A stretch of 64,000 bases of DNA from Dehalococcoidales bacterium (GTDB taxonomy: Bacteria > Chloroflexota > Dehalococcoidia > Dehalococcoidales > UBA2162): positions 38,788 through 102,787 of the forward strand of contig DAOULV010000018.1 of NCBI GenBank assembly GCA_034416335.1, in the 5' to 3' direction. The position numbers were made by a program, and so were the translations under genes. Numbering within the stretch: the stretch's first letter is position 1; every line of letters begins with the position of its first letter. A model generated the notes under the pieces. That model did no database searches. It saw only the letters and a list, made by a program, of their open reading frames with translations, and was not told where the DNA came from. Below, one piece after another: positions 27,621-38,520 of the stretch.

Positions 27621-28094
27621 ATGAAATCATCCAGTAAATGGCTCCTTGGTTTCGGTACGGCCATCGGTATTCTGGTCATCCTGGCTGTCGTTCTTGTCCT
27701 GGTTATGCCGGAAAACAACGAGATTGAGCTGCTTCCGGAAAACACTCCCGACGGTGTGGTACAAAGGTATGTGAACGCAATTAGAAACAGGGATTATGAA
27801 GAAGCCTATGGATATCTGTCATCTTCTGCGCTGGAAGATGAGCCCCGATACAACACGTTCGAGCAATGGTCAGGGATGTTTCTGAATCGCGGGCAGGTCG
27901 ATGCCTGGAGGGCTGAAATCGGTGAACCTGAAATTCACGATAATAAGGCAGTGGTGATGGTAACCGTTGAAGTTTTCGATCCTGATAGTGTTTTCGGAGA
28001 CCCGGTAGACACCATGTATTATCAATTTATACTTGAGAAACAGGACGGTGTATGGAAAATCACCTCGCCCCTGTATAACAAAATCATATACTGA
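27621..28094 (+). CDS. Membrane-anchored hypothetical protein (NTF2-like fold suspected)
   Basis: 157 aa with an N-terminal TM anchor. Co-directional with, and 18 nt upstream of, the next membrane protein gene. Confidence 0.6.
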   Translation: MKSSSKWLLGFGTAIGILVILAVVLVLVMPENNEIELLPENTPDGVVQRYVNAIRNRDYEEAYGYLSSSALEDEPRYNTFEQWSGMFLNRGQVDAWRAEIGEPEIHDNKAVVMVTVEVFDPDSVFGDPVDTMYYQFILEKQDGVWKITSPLYNKIIY

Positions 28095-28112
28095 CGGGCA
28101 GGAGAAAAGACG

Positions 28113-29798
28113 ATGAGCACGGTAAAAAGGCTTTTTCTATATGCACTGGCGATAGTTAACCTCGGTATATTCGCAGGCGGGGTGAATACGCTGCTGACAC
28201 TGGTCTTCGACCTGATTTTCGGAGGAGAAGGCTGGCGTTCTTACGCCCAGGTCCAGCTCAGTATGGGACTGGCGATGCTTATTATCGCCGGTACTCTCTG
28301 GTTCCTGTTCTGGAGAATAATTCGGAGAGAAGTAGAAAAAGATACCAGCGAGACGGGTTCGGGGATTCGCAAACTGTATCTTAATCTGATCCTGACAGTG
28401 ACTGCGATTACCGGACTGAGCAATACTGCAGTTACCCTGAGATGGATACTGTCGGGAGTACCGGTCGATGAATTCCCATCGACTGCCGTATCGCTGGTGA
28501 TAGTTTCCGGTTGTTTGTGGTTATTTCATAGAAGTGTTGAAGAAAACGAGGGACAGCCTTCTCCCGAAGCAAAGACTCTCAGACGCTGGTATGTCTATAT
28601 ACTGGTTGCTGTCGGACTGTCATGGCTGACAAACGGCATAGTTCAATTACTTAACGCTTCATCTTTCTACCTGCCGCTGTGGGGCGGATATACCGCGCAG
28701 GGAAACATCTGGGTAAATGTCCTTAGCGGTAATATAAGCTGGGTACTGACCGGCGGTCTAGCCTGGTGGTACTACTGGTTCCGGATGGCGAAGGATGATT
28801 ATCAGTCCGTTCTCCGGCAGGTCTATCTTTACCTGATGACCATTGCCGGAAGTGCGGTTGCCGGGCTTGCCGCACTGATAATCGTTTTATACAGGTTACT
28901 CAACCTGCTTTTCGGCGGTACCGCCGGCAACGAGCTTTATTTCAGGTTCACAGGGTGGACTATCCCCGTCATCATAGTGACGGCAGCTATCTGGTCATAT
29001 CACCGGAGGAAGGTCCAGGAAGAAGCCGAGCAGCTTGGCGGCGCGAACCGTTTATCTCCACGCAGGCTTTACTTATACCTGATGGCATTTATCGGTCTGG
29101 GAACCATGCTTTCCGGAATCGTCTATTTACTCAGCGTACTGTTCGACAGGTTGTTTGGCCTTTTCAGCACTGCCGAGGTCTTCTCAGCCGGATGGTGGGG
29201 CGGGCAGCTCAGCCTGTCACTTGCCTTATTGCTGGTGGGCGTGCCTATCTGGATGTATTACTGGCGAAGAATCATACGTATGGCGGATGAAGGGGGAGTT
29301 GCCGAACGCGGGGCGCGGTCGCGCCGGGTATTTATCTACGCCGTTCTCGGTTTTTCGATTATTGCCGCTGTTACTACTCTGGTGATAATCGTTTACCAGG
29401 TAATCAGCAGCATACTCCAGGGCAATTTCGATACGGAATTTATGCGGAATATGGTCTGGAATCTGTCCGGATTACTGGCTGCTTTACCGGTACTGGTCTA
29501 TCACTGGAGAGTCCTTCGCGAAGACCAGAGTCTGGGGGCGGAAAAATCACTGCGCCGTAAACGGATAAACGTTGTTGCCGGAGAAGAAGCCGGGGAATTG
29601 ATTGACCTTATCGAGGAGAAACTCGGATACCGCGTCAGGCGGCTTAAATATACGGGTGAACCGGCCGCAACAGCGCCCGAACTTACCGATGGTGAAATGG
29701 AAAAACTTGTCGATGACATCGGGCAAGCCGAGGGCGAGGGTATTATTCTAGATATTACCGGAGGCAACGTGAAACTGCTTCCTTACGGGGAGAAATAG
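28113..29798 (+). CDS. Polytopic membrane protein built from six repeated 2-TM modules
   Basis: 561 aa. The module pattern R-x-x-[YF]-[LVI]-Y ... W-x-[YF]-[HW]-[WR]-R recurs six times at roughly 90-aa spacing. Confidence 0.7.
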   Translation: MSTVKRLFLYALAIVNLGIFAGGVNTLLTLVFDLIFGGEGWRSYAQVQLSMGLAMLIIAGTLWFLFWRIIRREVEKDTSETGSGIRKLYLNLILTVTAITGLSNTAVTLRWILSGVPVDEFPSTAVSLVIVSGCLWLFHRSVEENEGQPSPEAKTLRRWYVYILVAVGLSWLTNGIVQLLNASSFYLPLWGGYTAQGNIWVNVLSGNISWVLTGGLAWWYYWFRMAKDDYQSVLRQVYLYLMTIAGSAVAGLAALIIVLYRLLNLLFGGTAGNELYFRFTGWTIPVIIVTAAIWSYHRRKVQEEAEQLGGANRLSPRRLYLYLMAFIGLGTMLSGIVYLLSVLFDRLFGLFSTAEVFSAGWWGGQLSLSLALLLVGVPIWMYYWRRIIRMADEGGVAERGARSRRVFIYAVLGFSIIAAVTTLVIIVYQVISSILQGNFDTEFMRNMVWNLSGLLAALPVLVYHWRVLREDQSLGAEKSLRRKRINVVAGEEAGELIDLIEEKLGYRVRRLKYTGEPAATAPELTDGEMEKLVDDIGQAEGEGIILDITGGNVKLLPYGEK

Positions 29799-29800
29799 CT

Positions 29801-30298
29801 TTGAAATACCGGATTATCGATACCGCATTCGGCTATGTCGGGATTATGACCTCCGAGAAAGGTCTAACGGCGATAACACTTCCCTGTGTTACCGAAGAAG
29901 AAACGCTTATTTTACTCGGCGATAAAGCCGGCAACGGTGATTTAACTTCCGACCTTTTACCGGACCTTACAAAGCGCCTGGTCGATTATTTCAGAGGTAA
30001 AGAAGTATTATTTCCGGATGCGCTCGATCTGTCATCGGCTTCCGAGTTTCAAAGGAAAGTATGGCATGCAACGCGTTTAATCCCGTACGGTGAGACGCGC
30101 AGTTATATATGGGTGGCTGAACGGGCGGGAAATCCCAGAGCGTCGCGAGCGGCAGGTCAGGCACTGGGACGAAACCCATTTCCGATTATAATTCCCTGCC
30201 ACAGGGTTATTGCCGGAAACGGCGGTATGGGAGGTTTCACCGGCGGTATAGAGATGAAAATGCGGCTTCTTGCCCTTGAATCATCGAACGGCGGGTAA
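29801..30298 (+). CDS. ogt: Methylated-DNA--protein-cysteine methyltransferase
   Basis: 165 aa. Active-site IIPCHRVI motif. TTG start 2 nt after the upstream stop. Confidence 0.85.
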   Translation: MKYRIIDTAFGYVGIMTSEKGLTAITLPCVTEEETLILLGDKAGNGDLTSDLLPDLTKRLVDYFRGKEVLFPDALDLSSASEFQRKVWHATRLIPYGETRSYIWVAERAGNPRASRAAGQALGRNPFPIIIPCHRVIAGNGGMGGFTGGIEMKMRLLALESSNGG

Positions 30299-30304
30299 TG
30301 CCGA

Positions 30305-31111
30305 TTATTCACTCCACGGCAGTTCGTGAGAAGGAAGGTTCTCACGGGTTTTATCCTGCCCGGTTCCGGCAGCCCCTCTTATTTTAAGCCCGAGGAAGTC
30401 CGCTTCGTATTTATCAATCAGCCCCTGTCCGGCAAAACTGAAATACCTGTTATCGCCGATGACAATGTGGTCCAGCACCTTGATCTGTACCGTATTCGCC
30501 GCGTATACCAGGTCACGGGTTAATTCCCTGTCGCTCCGGCTGGGCTCCGGGTTACCCGAGGGGTGATTGTGCGCGAAGATAAGGGAAACGGCGTTCTGCC
30601 TGATAGCATTCTCTATCACCTCCCGTGGAGAGACGGCACTGCTGTTGACCGTGCCGTGAAACAGGTCTTCCGTCTCGATAATCTGGTTCTGGCTGTTCAG
30701 GTACACTACCTTGAATACCTCTTTCTTGAGGTCACGCATCGAGTGGTACAGGTAGTCGAATACTTCATCGGCCGATTTGTAGACCGGTTTATCGATAATT
30801 CTTTCCTTGAGAAATTCCCTGGCTACTTCCTGGATCAGCTTGATACCGAAGGTGTTATGCGGTCCGACTCCCTTTATTGCCTGAAGTTCTTCGGGCGGGG
30901 CTTCCAGAACACCCCTTAGAGTCTTGAATTTCCTGATGGCTTCTTTCGCCTGCTGCTTGCAGTCGCGCCGCGGTGTACCCAGGCTCAACAGCAGCTCGAT
31001 GATTTCATAGTCCTGAAACCCGGCAAGACCCGCCTTTATAAACTTCTCGCGGAGTCTTCTCCTGTGCCCGGCCTGTGTCTGTTCTTTTTTGTTATCGGGG
31101 GTGTCATTCAT
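30305..31111 (-). CDS. radC: RadC-like JAB/MPN domain protein
   Basis: 268 aa. N-terminal HhH region (GYEIIELLL-type) and the JAMM motif HNHPSG. Confidence 0.85.
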   Translation of the reverse strand: MNDTPDNKKEQTQAGHRRRLREKFIKAGLAGFQDYEIIELLLSLGTPRRDCKQQAKEAIRKFKTLRGVLEAPPEELQAIKGVGPHNTFGIKLIQEVAREFLKERIIDKPVYKSADEVFDYLYHSMRDLKKEVFKVVYLNSQNQIIETEDLFHGTVNSSAVSPREVIENAIRQNAVSLIFAHNHPSGNPEPSRSDRELTRDLVYAANTVQIKVLDHIVIGDNRYFSFAGQGLIDKYEADFLGLKIRGAAGTGQDKTRENLPSHELPWSE

Positions 31112-31189
31112 CGCTGATGTATTCTAGCACGACAGCAAGAAAATGTCTCGCGCAGAAATAAATGTTTCTGTTTGCATCTGGTTTCTCTT

Positions 31190-31700
31190 GTTGTCATTGC
31201 GAGTCCCTGATTTTTGCAGGCGAACCACTACAACCGGTACCTTCCCCCTTGATGGGGGAAGGTCAGGGCCTGCCCCGTACTTGATACGGGGATGAGGGTG
31301 ACATAAACCTAATTTTCACCCTCACCTTAATCCTCTCCCATCAAGGGAGAGGAAACAAGAAGTATGTTATTCGATAAATTATGCATTACCTGGTACTGGA
31401 GACTGCCATTCGCCTTCGGCGAACCTTCGGCGGACTCCTCGCAATGATCCGCCTGCGCTAAAGCTACGGCAGGCAGGGGATGGATTCGTCCTTCGACAGG
31501 CTCAGGACGAACGGGAAAAGGCGATAAGCTCAGGACGAACGGGAGCGGGATCTCGTAATAACGAAGAAGGAACGGATTAACATGGGCTTCGTCCCTCTCT
31601 CAAACTCTTTCCCCCTCGAATATATGGAAACATTTCGGCTGGAGAAGGCAACTATTTGAGGGGGATAAAGGCCTGCCCGCCATACAAGACTTCGGCAGGC
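31190..31700. repeat. Cluster of interspersed REP-like elements (several families)
   Basis: Contains copies of the caccctcacc..cctctcccatcaagggagagg element, the ttcgacaggctcaggacgaacgg element, and the ccccctc..tttgaggggg hairpin element seen elsewhere in the window. Confidence 0.75.
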
Positions 31701-31745
31701 GGGGGGTGAATTAATAATCACAACCAATAATAATGCCAAATAAAA

Positions 31746-32630
31746 TTATACCTGTAATCCCGGTACTTTATTTCCCCTGAAGGCGATATAAATTCCTCCG
31801 AGAATCAGGATACCGCCGCCGATTTCGATAAGAGCCGGTGCTTCATCCAGTATGAGGAATGCGAGCCCGGTGGCAAGTATGGGTTCACCCAGTACGGCGA
31901 TGGTAACCATCGTTGCCGGCATGAAACGAAGCGACCAGTTAAGGGAGGAATGCCCCAGCAGTTGCGGTACCAGTGCCAGAAGGACGAACATGAGATAAGT
32001 GTTCCCGGAATAGCCGGTGAGTTCATATCCCGATACAAGCGCCGTAATTAACAGCAGAACTGCCGCCGAGCTGTATGTAACGAACGAATAACTCAGGATA
32101 CCAACAGACCTGCGGACCCTGCGGCCTATCAGAAAATATCCGGCTACCGCCACCGCTCCAAGCAGCGACAGGACGGCGCCGAGTAACGGACTTGTCCCGA
32201 TACTCCAGTTGCCGTAACCGATAAGTACGGAGCCGGCAATCGATATTGTTATACCAAGAATTATCTTCCGTGTGATTTCCTCTTTAAACAGGATATATGA
32301 AGCGATAGACACGAATATCGGGGTTGCGGTGACCAGTATTACGGATGTAGCAACCGAGGTAAGGCTGAGAGAGGTTATCCAGAGTCCGAAATGAAGGGCC
32401 AGAAAGGCTCCTGCGACCAGCATCATAACCAGGTCCTTTCCGGATATATGCCGCAGTTCGTTTCCGGAGAGTTTTATTGCAAAGGGAGCAAGTATCAGGG
32501 CGGCCAGGCACATCCGGTAGGCTGCGATAACCAGTGAAGGAGCATCGGCCAGGCGGATGAAAACCGCGGCGAAAGATACGGATATCACACCGATTGCCAG
32601 GACCGAATACTGCCGTTTCATAATTGTCAA
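31746..32630 (-). CDS. EamA/DMT family transporter
   Basis: 294 aa, 10 predicted TM segments, with the typical two-EamA-repeat organisation. Confidence 0.8.
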   Translation of the reverse strand: MTIMKRQYSVLAIGVISVSFAAVFIRLADAPSLVIAAYRMCLAALILAPFAIKLSGNELRHISGKDLVMMLVAGAFLALHFGLWITSLSLTSVATSVILVTATPIFVSIASYILFKEEITRKIILGITISIAGSVLIGYGNWSIGTSPLLGAVLSLLGAVAVAGYFLIGRRVRRSVGILSYSFVTYSSAAVLLLITALVSGYELTGYSGNTYLMFVLLALVPQLLGHSSLNWSLRFMPATMVTIAVLGEPILATGLAFLILDEAPALIEIGGGILILGGIYIAFRGNKVPGLQV

Positions 32631-33064
32631 TACTATACACTTTCACATGGATGAATGCGAGGGGTGTTTGAGAGCAAACACATTATCAACCCATACCCCT
32701 CCCATCTCCCTCACCTGCATAGGTAGTAACAGACGGGATCATATTGTTTGCTTTTTAAATCTCACCTCTTCCTTCGTTTGATTTGACGAACTACGGTGGA
32801 CTTTCAGCCTGTTACGAATAATCCCCTCTCCTTAAAAAGGAAAGGGGATTTTCGAAAATAACGCTATCTGCGGTCAGGCTATTTTTTCTTATTGGTGGAG
32901 ACATTTGGCAGAGTGGTTTAAGAGCAGAGGAAGGAAATTTGGATTTAACGGCTATCAATGGCAGACTCTTTTATCATTCCAGCGAAGGCTGGAATCCAGA
33001 GATTCTTGGTGTGATATACTTGTCTTGATTATCGGCGATATGTTTAAAGGGGTTGGCCTGATTA

Positions 33065-33772
33065 GTGGATACGTCCCAATTAGCAGACGAAATAAAGACC
33101 ATTCTTAAATCGGAAGGTGCCGGCATAGTCGACTTTGCGGATTTACAGGACCTGCCTGCCGATGTCCGAGACGGATTTCCTTATGGCGTCTCGATCGTTG
33201 TTGCTTTGAATCCGCGTATTATTAAAGAAATAATAGACGGCCCGAACAATGAGTATTATCAGGAATATAAACGCGCCAACGAACTCCTGGATGCACTCGG
33301 CACGGAGGCTGCAGGTTTCCTTGAGGGACTGGGATATCGGGCGAAGAGTTTTTCCGCTACCAACACAGGAATCGATCCGGATACACTTTCCACGATACTT
33401 CCTCACAAGACCGTAGCAACCCGGGCAGGTCTGGGCTGGATAGGAAAATGCGCCCTGCTTATTACACCTGAATATGGTTCGGCTGGCCGGCTAACCAGCG
33501 TACTTACCGATGCTGTCTTACCTCTGGCTAATCCTAAAGACAACTCCGATTGCGGCGATTGTCATGCCTGCGTCGATATATGTCCCGGCAAGGCTGTTAC
33601 CGGCAGGGAGTGGGAAGCGGGTATTTCACGTGATTTATTATACGATCCGTTTAAGTGCCGTGACGTTGCTCAGGGATGGGAACGTAAACGTGAAGGGGTA
33701 CGGGATAACATATGCGGAATGTGTATTGCCGCGTGCCCCTGGACTCAGAAATATTTGGATAAAGCGGGATAG
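33065..33772 (+). CDS. QueG/reductive-dehalogenase-superfamily 4Fe-4S protein (short form)
   Basis: 235 aa, GTG start. HKTVATRAGLGWIGKCALLI motif as in epoxyqueuosine reductase. Two ferredoxin-type Cys motifs (CGDCHACVDICP and CGMCIAACP). Confidence 0.6.
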   Translation: MDTSQLADEIKTILKSEGAGIVDFADLQDLPADVRDGFPYGVSIVVALNPRIIKEIIDGPNNEYYQEYKRANELLDALGTEAAGFLEGLGYRAKSFSATNTGIDPDTLSTILPHKTVATRAGLGWIGKCALLITPEYGSAGRLTSVLTDAVLPLANPKDNSDCGDCHACVDICPGKAVTGREWEAGISRDLLYDPFKCRDVAQGWERKREGVRDNICGMCIAACPWTQKYLDKAG

Positions 33773-33789
33773 CCGTCTTATCTGTTGAT

Positions 33790-34404
33790 TTATGGTTTCT
33801 TGGCTATGATGCTGTTTCCCGCGTGTACGTGCCTTGGACCATCAGGGTGCTCGTGTTCGAATTTATAGGTTTTCGTATCTAAAATCTCCCAGCCTTCATA
33901 ATAGCTGAAAAGTTCACCTTCTTTAAAAAGACTGACCATCAGACCTCTCTGGTCTTCGGGTTCCGGGGCTTCATCGGTAAACACCCCCGTTATATGATAT
34001 CCGCCGCTGGTGGTATGTTCTTTCATCCGGGCGATGACCGGCTGCCATTCCTCACGTTTTATCAGGTGGAGGCATCCCTGGCAGACTATCAGGTCGAAGC
34101 TATGAGGGAACCGGTATTCACGCATATCGCATACGGATGAATCGATATCAACACCTATTTCAACGGCAACGGAGTTGAGCTTAGCGATACCGGATTGCGA
34201 AATATCGGTTGCGGAAGTAATAAAACCGAGGGAAGCAAGATACAGCGCATTCCGCCCTTCTCCGCATCCCAGGTCGAGCGCTTTCAGGCCGGGCTGCATT
34301 TTTTCGACTACAGCCACTACTTCCTGACTCGGTTTACCGCCTCCGAAAGTATCGAGTTTCCCTGGTCTCTTGTAGCTCTCTTCCCAGAACGGTTTCTTTG
34401 TCAT
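33790..34404 (-). CDS. Class I SAM-dependent methyltransferase (TehB-like)
   Basis: 204 aa. Contains the SAM motif I ALDLGCGEGRN. Confidence 0.8.
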   Translation of the reverse strand: MTKKPFWEESYKRPGKLDTFGGGKPSQEVVAVVEKMQPGLKALDLGCGEGRNALYLASLGFITSATDISQSGIAKLNSVAVEIGVDIDSSVCDMREYRFPHSFDLIVCQGCLHLIKREEWQPVIARMKEHTTSGGYHITGVFTDEAPEPEDQRGLMVSLFKEGELFSYYEGWEILDTKTYKFEHEHPDGPRHVHAGNSIIAKKP

Positions 34405-34414
34405 AACCGGACTA

Positions 34415-37400
34415 TCAACCTTCCGTCTCTACCCTGACTCCTTCCTCGCCCATCAGTTCGGTAAGCTGGCGGTACATTTCATCGCAGTAGCCGGTAGTAT
34501 GCGGCAGTTTGACCACATCTATCTTGGTGCCGTTCTCCAGCCGAAGAATTACTTCGTCCTCGCCGGAATAGTCTCCGATTATGTCCCTGATACGGCTGAG
34601 TTTGCTGGTGTCGCTTTCCGCGTCGTCGGTCGGTCTTATATCTATAACAACCCTGCAGGCGGCGCTGACAGCTTCTTCTTCCGGAACCTCTTCTGCGTCG
34701 GGAATGCCGTTTGTACTATTGGTAGAAGCGGTTTTATCTTTAGTGACAGCGGTCATCTGGAAGTAATCGGCGTCATTGACACTGAGCTGTACTTCTTCAT
34801 CCCTTACTCTAACTCTGACATTGAGTTTCAGCAGGTTGCCTTCCTGCCACAAATCATGCGTAGCTTCATATTCACGCGGCCATACCGCGACTTCAACACC
34901 TCCGGTTACGTCCTCTAACACAGCTTTGACGAACTGCCGTGAGTCTTTTCGGGTCATCAGATGGGTTACACTCGCAATTTCACCGATTACCGTAATATTT
35001 TCACCGTCCATCTCGGTGTCTATTTCGGCGCAATAGGTGGCATCCGGATTAAATTGTTTCGGGTCCACCAGCTTTCGGGAAAAGGGGACTCCCATCAGTT
35101 CTTTTTCCCAGGCAGCCATCTCCCTGTCGCTTACGCCGGCATATTCCATTTCAAGACTCGGCATCGGCAGGGAAGTGGTATCGCCCCAGAGGTCGAACAT
35201 TGTGGTCTGTCCTGTTTCCCTGAGACGCTGCTCTCTCTGGGCAAGCGAAATGATATCGTTGATGTTATGAAGAAGGGTTCCTCTCTCGCCGAACGAATCG
35301 AATGCTCCGGCTTTAATCAGGCTTTCCATCGCTCTCCGGTTGATTCCGTGAAGGTCGCAGCGGCGGCAGAAGTCCTCGATAGATTTGAAAGGACCGTTTT
35401 CTTCTCTTTCGGTAACTATCGACTCGATGGCTCCAAGCCCCACATTCTTGATGCTGGTAAGTCCGAAACGTATTACCGGCTTCCCTTCTTCACCGGTTTC
35501 TATGGAGAACCTGTCTTTACTGTGCTGGACGTCGGGCTGCTTGAGGTCTATGTTCAGACGTCTGCATTCAGCCACGGCGTTGATTACTTTTTCAGTTTGC
35601 CCGGCGTTTGCCGTCAGGAAGGCACAGATATATTCCACCGGATAGTTCGCCTTGAGATAAGCGGTCTGGTAGGCGATAAGCGCGTAACTGAAGGCGTGGG
35701 CTTTGTTAAATGCGTAGCCGGAAAAAGGTTCGATAAGGGCGAATATATCCTCCGCTTCCTTTTCGGTGAAGCCTTTGTTAACGGCTCCATCGATAAAATT
35801 CTTCTTTTCCTGCCGCATTTTCTCGGCAATTTTCTTACCCATTGCCTTACGGAAAACATCGGCTTTACCGAGGGTGTAATCGGCAATAGCCCGGACGATA
35901 AACAGTACCTGTTCCTGGTAGACGATAACGCCGTATGTTTCCTTGAGAATGTCGGCAAGCGCCGGATGAGGATAACGGATTTCTTCTTTACCGTGTTTAG
36001 CCCTGATATAAGTAGGGATATGGTCCATCGGTCCGGGTCGGAAGAGGGCGACTATCACGGCTATGTCACTGAAAGTGTTTGGCTTTAGCTGCATCCCTGT
36101 CTTTCTCATCCCGGAGCCTTCAAGCTGGAAAATACCGGTGGTCTCACCGGAAGCAATAAGCTCGAATGTTTTCGGATCATCCTTGGGGATATTGGGCAGG
36201 TCGATGTCGATATCCTGGCTTTCTTTTATGGTTTCTATTGCTTTACCCAGTATTGAAAGGTTAGCCAGTCCGAGGAAGTCCATTTTCAGCAGACCTATCT
36301 GGGCGATCTCATCCATGCTGTACTGTGTCATTACCGTCGCATCGTCATCGGCCCTGCTGGCTCTCTGAAGCGGGACGTAACCGGTAAGAGGCTCCCTGGC
36401 TATGACAACTCCGGCGGCGTGGGTACTGGCATGTCGTGCCGTACCTTCGAGCCGCTGGGCGGAATCGATTAGATAGCGTATTATTTTATCCTGGAGATAA
36501 ACACTCTTCAGTTCGGAGTTTTCCTCCATCGCTTTACGCAACGTCATATGAGGGGCAAACGGGACAAGCTTGGCGACCCTGTCTACCTCGGCGTAGGGCA
36601 TGCCGAGCGCCCTGCCGACGTCTCTCAGTGCGGCACGCGCTCCGAGGGTTCCGAAAGTAATAATCTGGGCAACGTGGTCCTGTCCGTACTTCCGGGTTAC
36701 GTAAGCGATAACCTCTTCGCGGCGGTCGTCCTGGAAATCAAGGTCTATATCGGGCATTTCGATCCGCTCTTCGTTGAGAAACCTTTCGAATACCAGTTCT
36801 GTTTCTATCGGGTCTACCTCCGTGATGCCGAGGCAGTGGAGGACGATGCTCGATGCGGCGCTGCCCCTTACTCCGAAGAGGATATTGTTTTCCCGGACGA
36901 ACGAAATGATGTCCCATACCACGAGTATGTAATTGGCGAACTGTGTCTGCTCTATTACCTTTAGTTCGTGTTCCAGCCGTTCTCTTATCTCAGGCGAGGG
37001 GTCTGGATAATATTTCGTCAGGCTTTCTTCGCAGAGAGCAGCCAGGTACTGGTCGGGAGTTTTCCCTTCCGGGATAGTAATCTCCGGGAGGAGCAGGCGG
37101 TCGAATTCGAGGTTCAGGTTGCACATATCCGCGATGCGTCCGGTATTTTCCAGGGCCTGGGGAATATCGCGGTACATCTCAGCCATCTCCTCCGGACTCT
37201 TGAGGTAAAGGAAATCACCCTCCATCTTCATTCGTTTCTCGTCGTTGATGGTGGTGTTGGTGCCGATGCACAGCAGCAGGTCATGGGCCGAAGCGTCCTC
37301 CTGATTGACATAATGAACATCGTTGGTGGCTACAAGGGGGATATCGAGTTCTTTACCGATGGCAATCAGTTCCTGATTGATGCGCTCCAGTTCGGTGACC

Positions 37401-37921
37401 GGCTGTCTCTGTATTTCCAGGTAGAAATCTTCGAGGTTGTCCCTGTACCACCGGGCGGACTGCCGGGCTTCGTCCATGCGGTTCTGTTCTATCAGGGAAG
37501 GGAGTTCACCGCCCCGGCATGCCGAGAGTCCGATAAGACCCTCGCTGTACTGAGAAAGCAGCTCTTTATCGATTCGCGGCTTATAATAAAAACCTTCGAG
37601 ATTGGCTTTGGTGATAAGCTGAATCAGGTTGCGGTATCCGGTTAGATTCTTGGCCAGCAGGACGAGGTGGTAGCTCTGTTTGTCGGCGCTGGTCCGGCTG
37701 GTACGGCTTTCAAGGGCTACATAGGTTTCGCAGCCGATAATGGGTTTTATACCTGCTTCCACAGCCGCATTATAAAACTGGACGGCGCCGTACATAACTC
37801 CGTGGTCGGTAATTGCCAGGCTGTCCATACCCATCTCTTTCGCCCGGCCAACAAGTTGATCAATCCGGCTCATCCCGTCAAGCAGACTGTACTCGGTATG
37901 AACGTGAAGATGGCTAAACAT
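34415..37921 (-). CDS. dnaE: DNA polymerase III alpha subunit
   Basis: 1168 aa. N-terminal PHP domain (FSHLHVHTEYSLLDG), polymerase core, and a C-terminal OB fold. Confidence 0.95.
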   Translation of the reverse strand: MFSHLHVHTEYSLLDGMSRIDQLVGRAKEMGMDSLAITDHGVMYGAVQFYNAAVEAGIKPIIGCETYVALESRTSRTSADKQSYHLVLLAKNLTGYRNLIQLITKANLEGFYYKPRIDKELLSQYSEGLIGLSACRGGELPSLIEQNRMDEARQSARWYRDNLEDFYLEIQRQPVTELERINQELIAIGKELDIPLVATNDVHYVNQEDASAHDLLLCIGTNTTINDEKRMKMEGDFLYLKSPEEMAEMYRDIPQALENTGRIADMCNLNLEFDRLLLPEITIPEGKTPDQYLAALCEESLTKYYPDPSPEIRERLEHELKVIEQTQFANYILVVWDIISFVRENNILFGVRGSAASSIVLHCLGITEVDPIETELVFERFLNEERIEMPDIDLDFQDDRREEVIAYVTRKYGQDHVAQIITFGTLGARAALRDVGRALGMPYAEVDRVAKLVPFAPHMTLRKAMEENSELKSVYLQDKIIRYLIDSAQRLEGTARHASTHAAGVVIAREPLTGYVPLQRASRADDDATVMTQYSMDEIAQIGLLKMDFLGLANLSILGKAIETIKESQDIDIDLPNIPKDDPKTFELIASGETTGIFQLEGSGMRKTGMQLKPNTFSDIAVIVALFRPGPMDHIPTYIRAKHGKEEIRYPHPALADILKETYGVIVYQEQVLFIVRAIADYTLGKADVFRKAMGKKIAEKMRQEKKNFIDGAVNKGFTEKEAEDIFALIEPFSGYAFNKAHAFSYALIAYQTAYLKANYPVEYICAFLTANAGQTEKVINAVAECRRLNIDLKQPDVQHSKDRFSIETGEEGKPVIRFGLTSIKNVGLGAIESIVTEREENGPFKSIEDFCRRCDLHGINRRAMESLIKAGAFDSFGERGTLLHNINDIISLAQREQRLRETGQTTMFDLWGDTTSLPMPSLEMEYAGVSDREMAAWEKELMGVPFSRKLVDPKQFNPDATYCAEIDTEMDGENITVIGEIASVTHLMTRKDSRQFVKAVLEDVTGGVEVAVWPREYEATHDLWQEGNLLKLNVRVRVRDEEVQLSVNDADYFQMTAVTKDKTASTNSTNGIPDAEEVPEEEAVSAACRVVIDIRPTDDAESDTSKLSRIRDIIGDYSGEDEVILRLENGTKIDVVKLPHTTGYCDEMYRQLTELMGEEGVRVETEG

Positions 37922-38052
37922 CGTTCTTCCCGGCGAGGATTTGCATGGAATAATTATAACACAGCGACCTGTAAATTTGTCATTTCAGCGTCTATTTCGT
38001 CATTCTCTTGTAGGAGTGAACATTGTTATTTTTCATGAAAAAAGTGCTATCG

Positions 38053-38141
38053 ATTTTGGTTGTGATTTTCGGTTCATCCCCTTTATCCCCCTCAAACAGT
38101 TGGAGTATTCAGCAGAAATATTTCGATTGTTTGAGGGGGAA
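38053..38141. repeat. Intact copy of the hairpin REP element that is interrupted at 4283-5012
   Basis: cgattttggttgtgattttcggttcatcccctttatccccctcaaacagttggagtattcagcagaaatatttcgattgtttgaggggg. The ccctcaaacag / ctgtttgaggg-type inverted repeat forms the hairpin. Confidence 0.85.
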
Positions 38142-38520
38142 AGAGTTTGAGAGAGGGGCGAAGCCCCTCTCTCTTGTTTACTCCCCCTTTCTGGCCTGGA
38201 AAGTCCTCCAGCCACCAACGATGGTTCTGACCGGAAAGGGGGCAGGGGGGTAAGGTGAGTATAAACAGCCAGATGCAAACAAAACCATAAAAAATGCAGG
38301 ATTTTCTTGGCTGGAGAAGGGATTTAAGAATTAGGAGGGGGCATTACAAAGCCCCCTCCTAAGGACCTTCCCCCTATCATACTGGACGGATAACTCTACA
38401 ATATGGTGGTTTTGTATGAGAGGGGGACCAAGGGGGTGAGTATATTTAAAATCACGCCGGATAATGTAGATAATACTGAAACCTAGTGCCAAGCAGCGCT
38501 TAATTATTCGGAATAACACG

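Noticed and set aside
34961-37645. Several long plus-strand ORFs (375 aa, 225 aa and others)
   Set aside because: All are antisense shadows of dnaE. Their composition is biased and no motifs are present.
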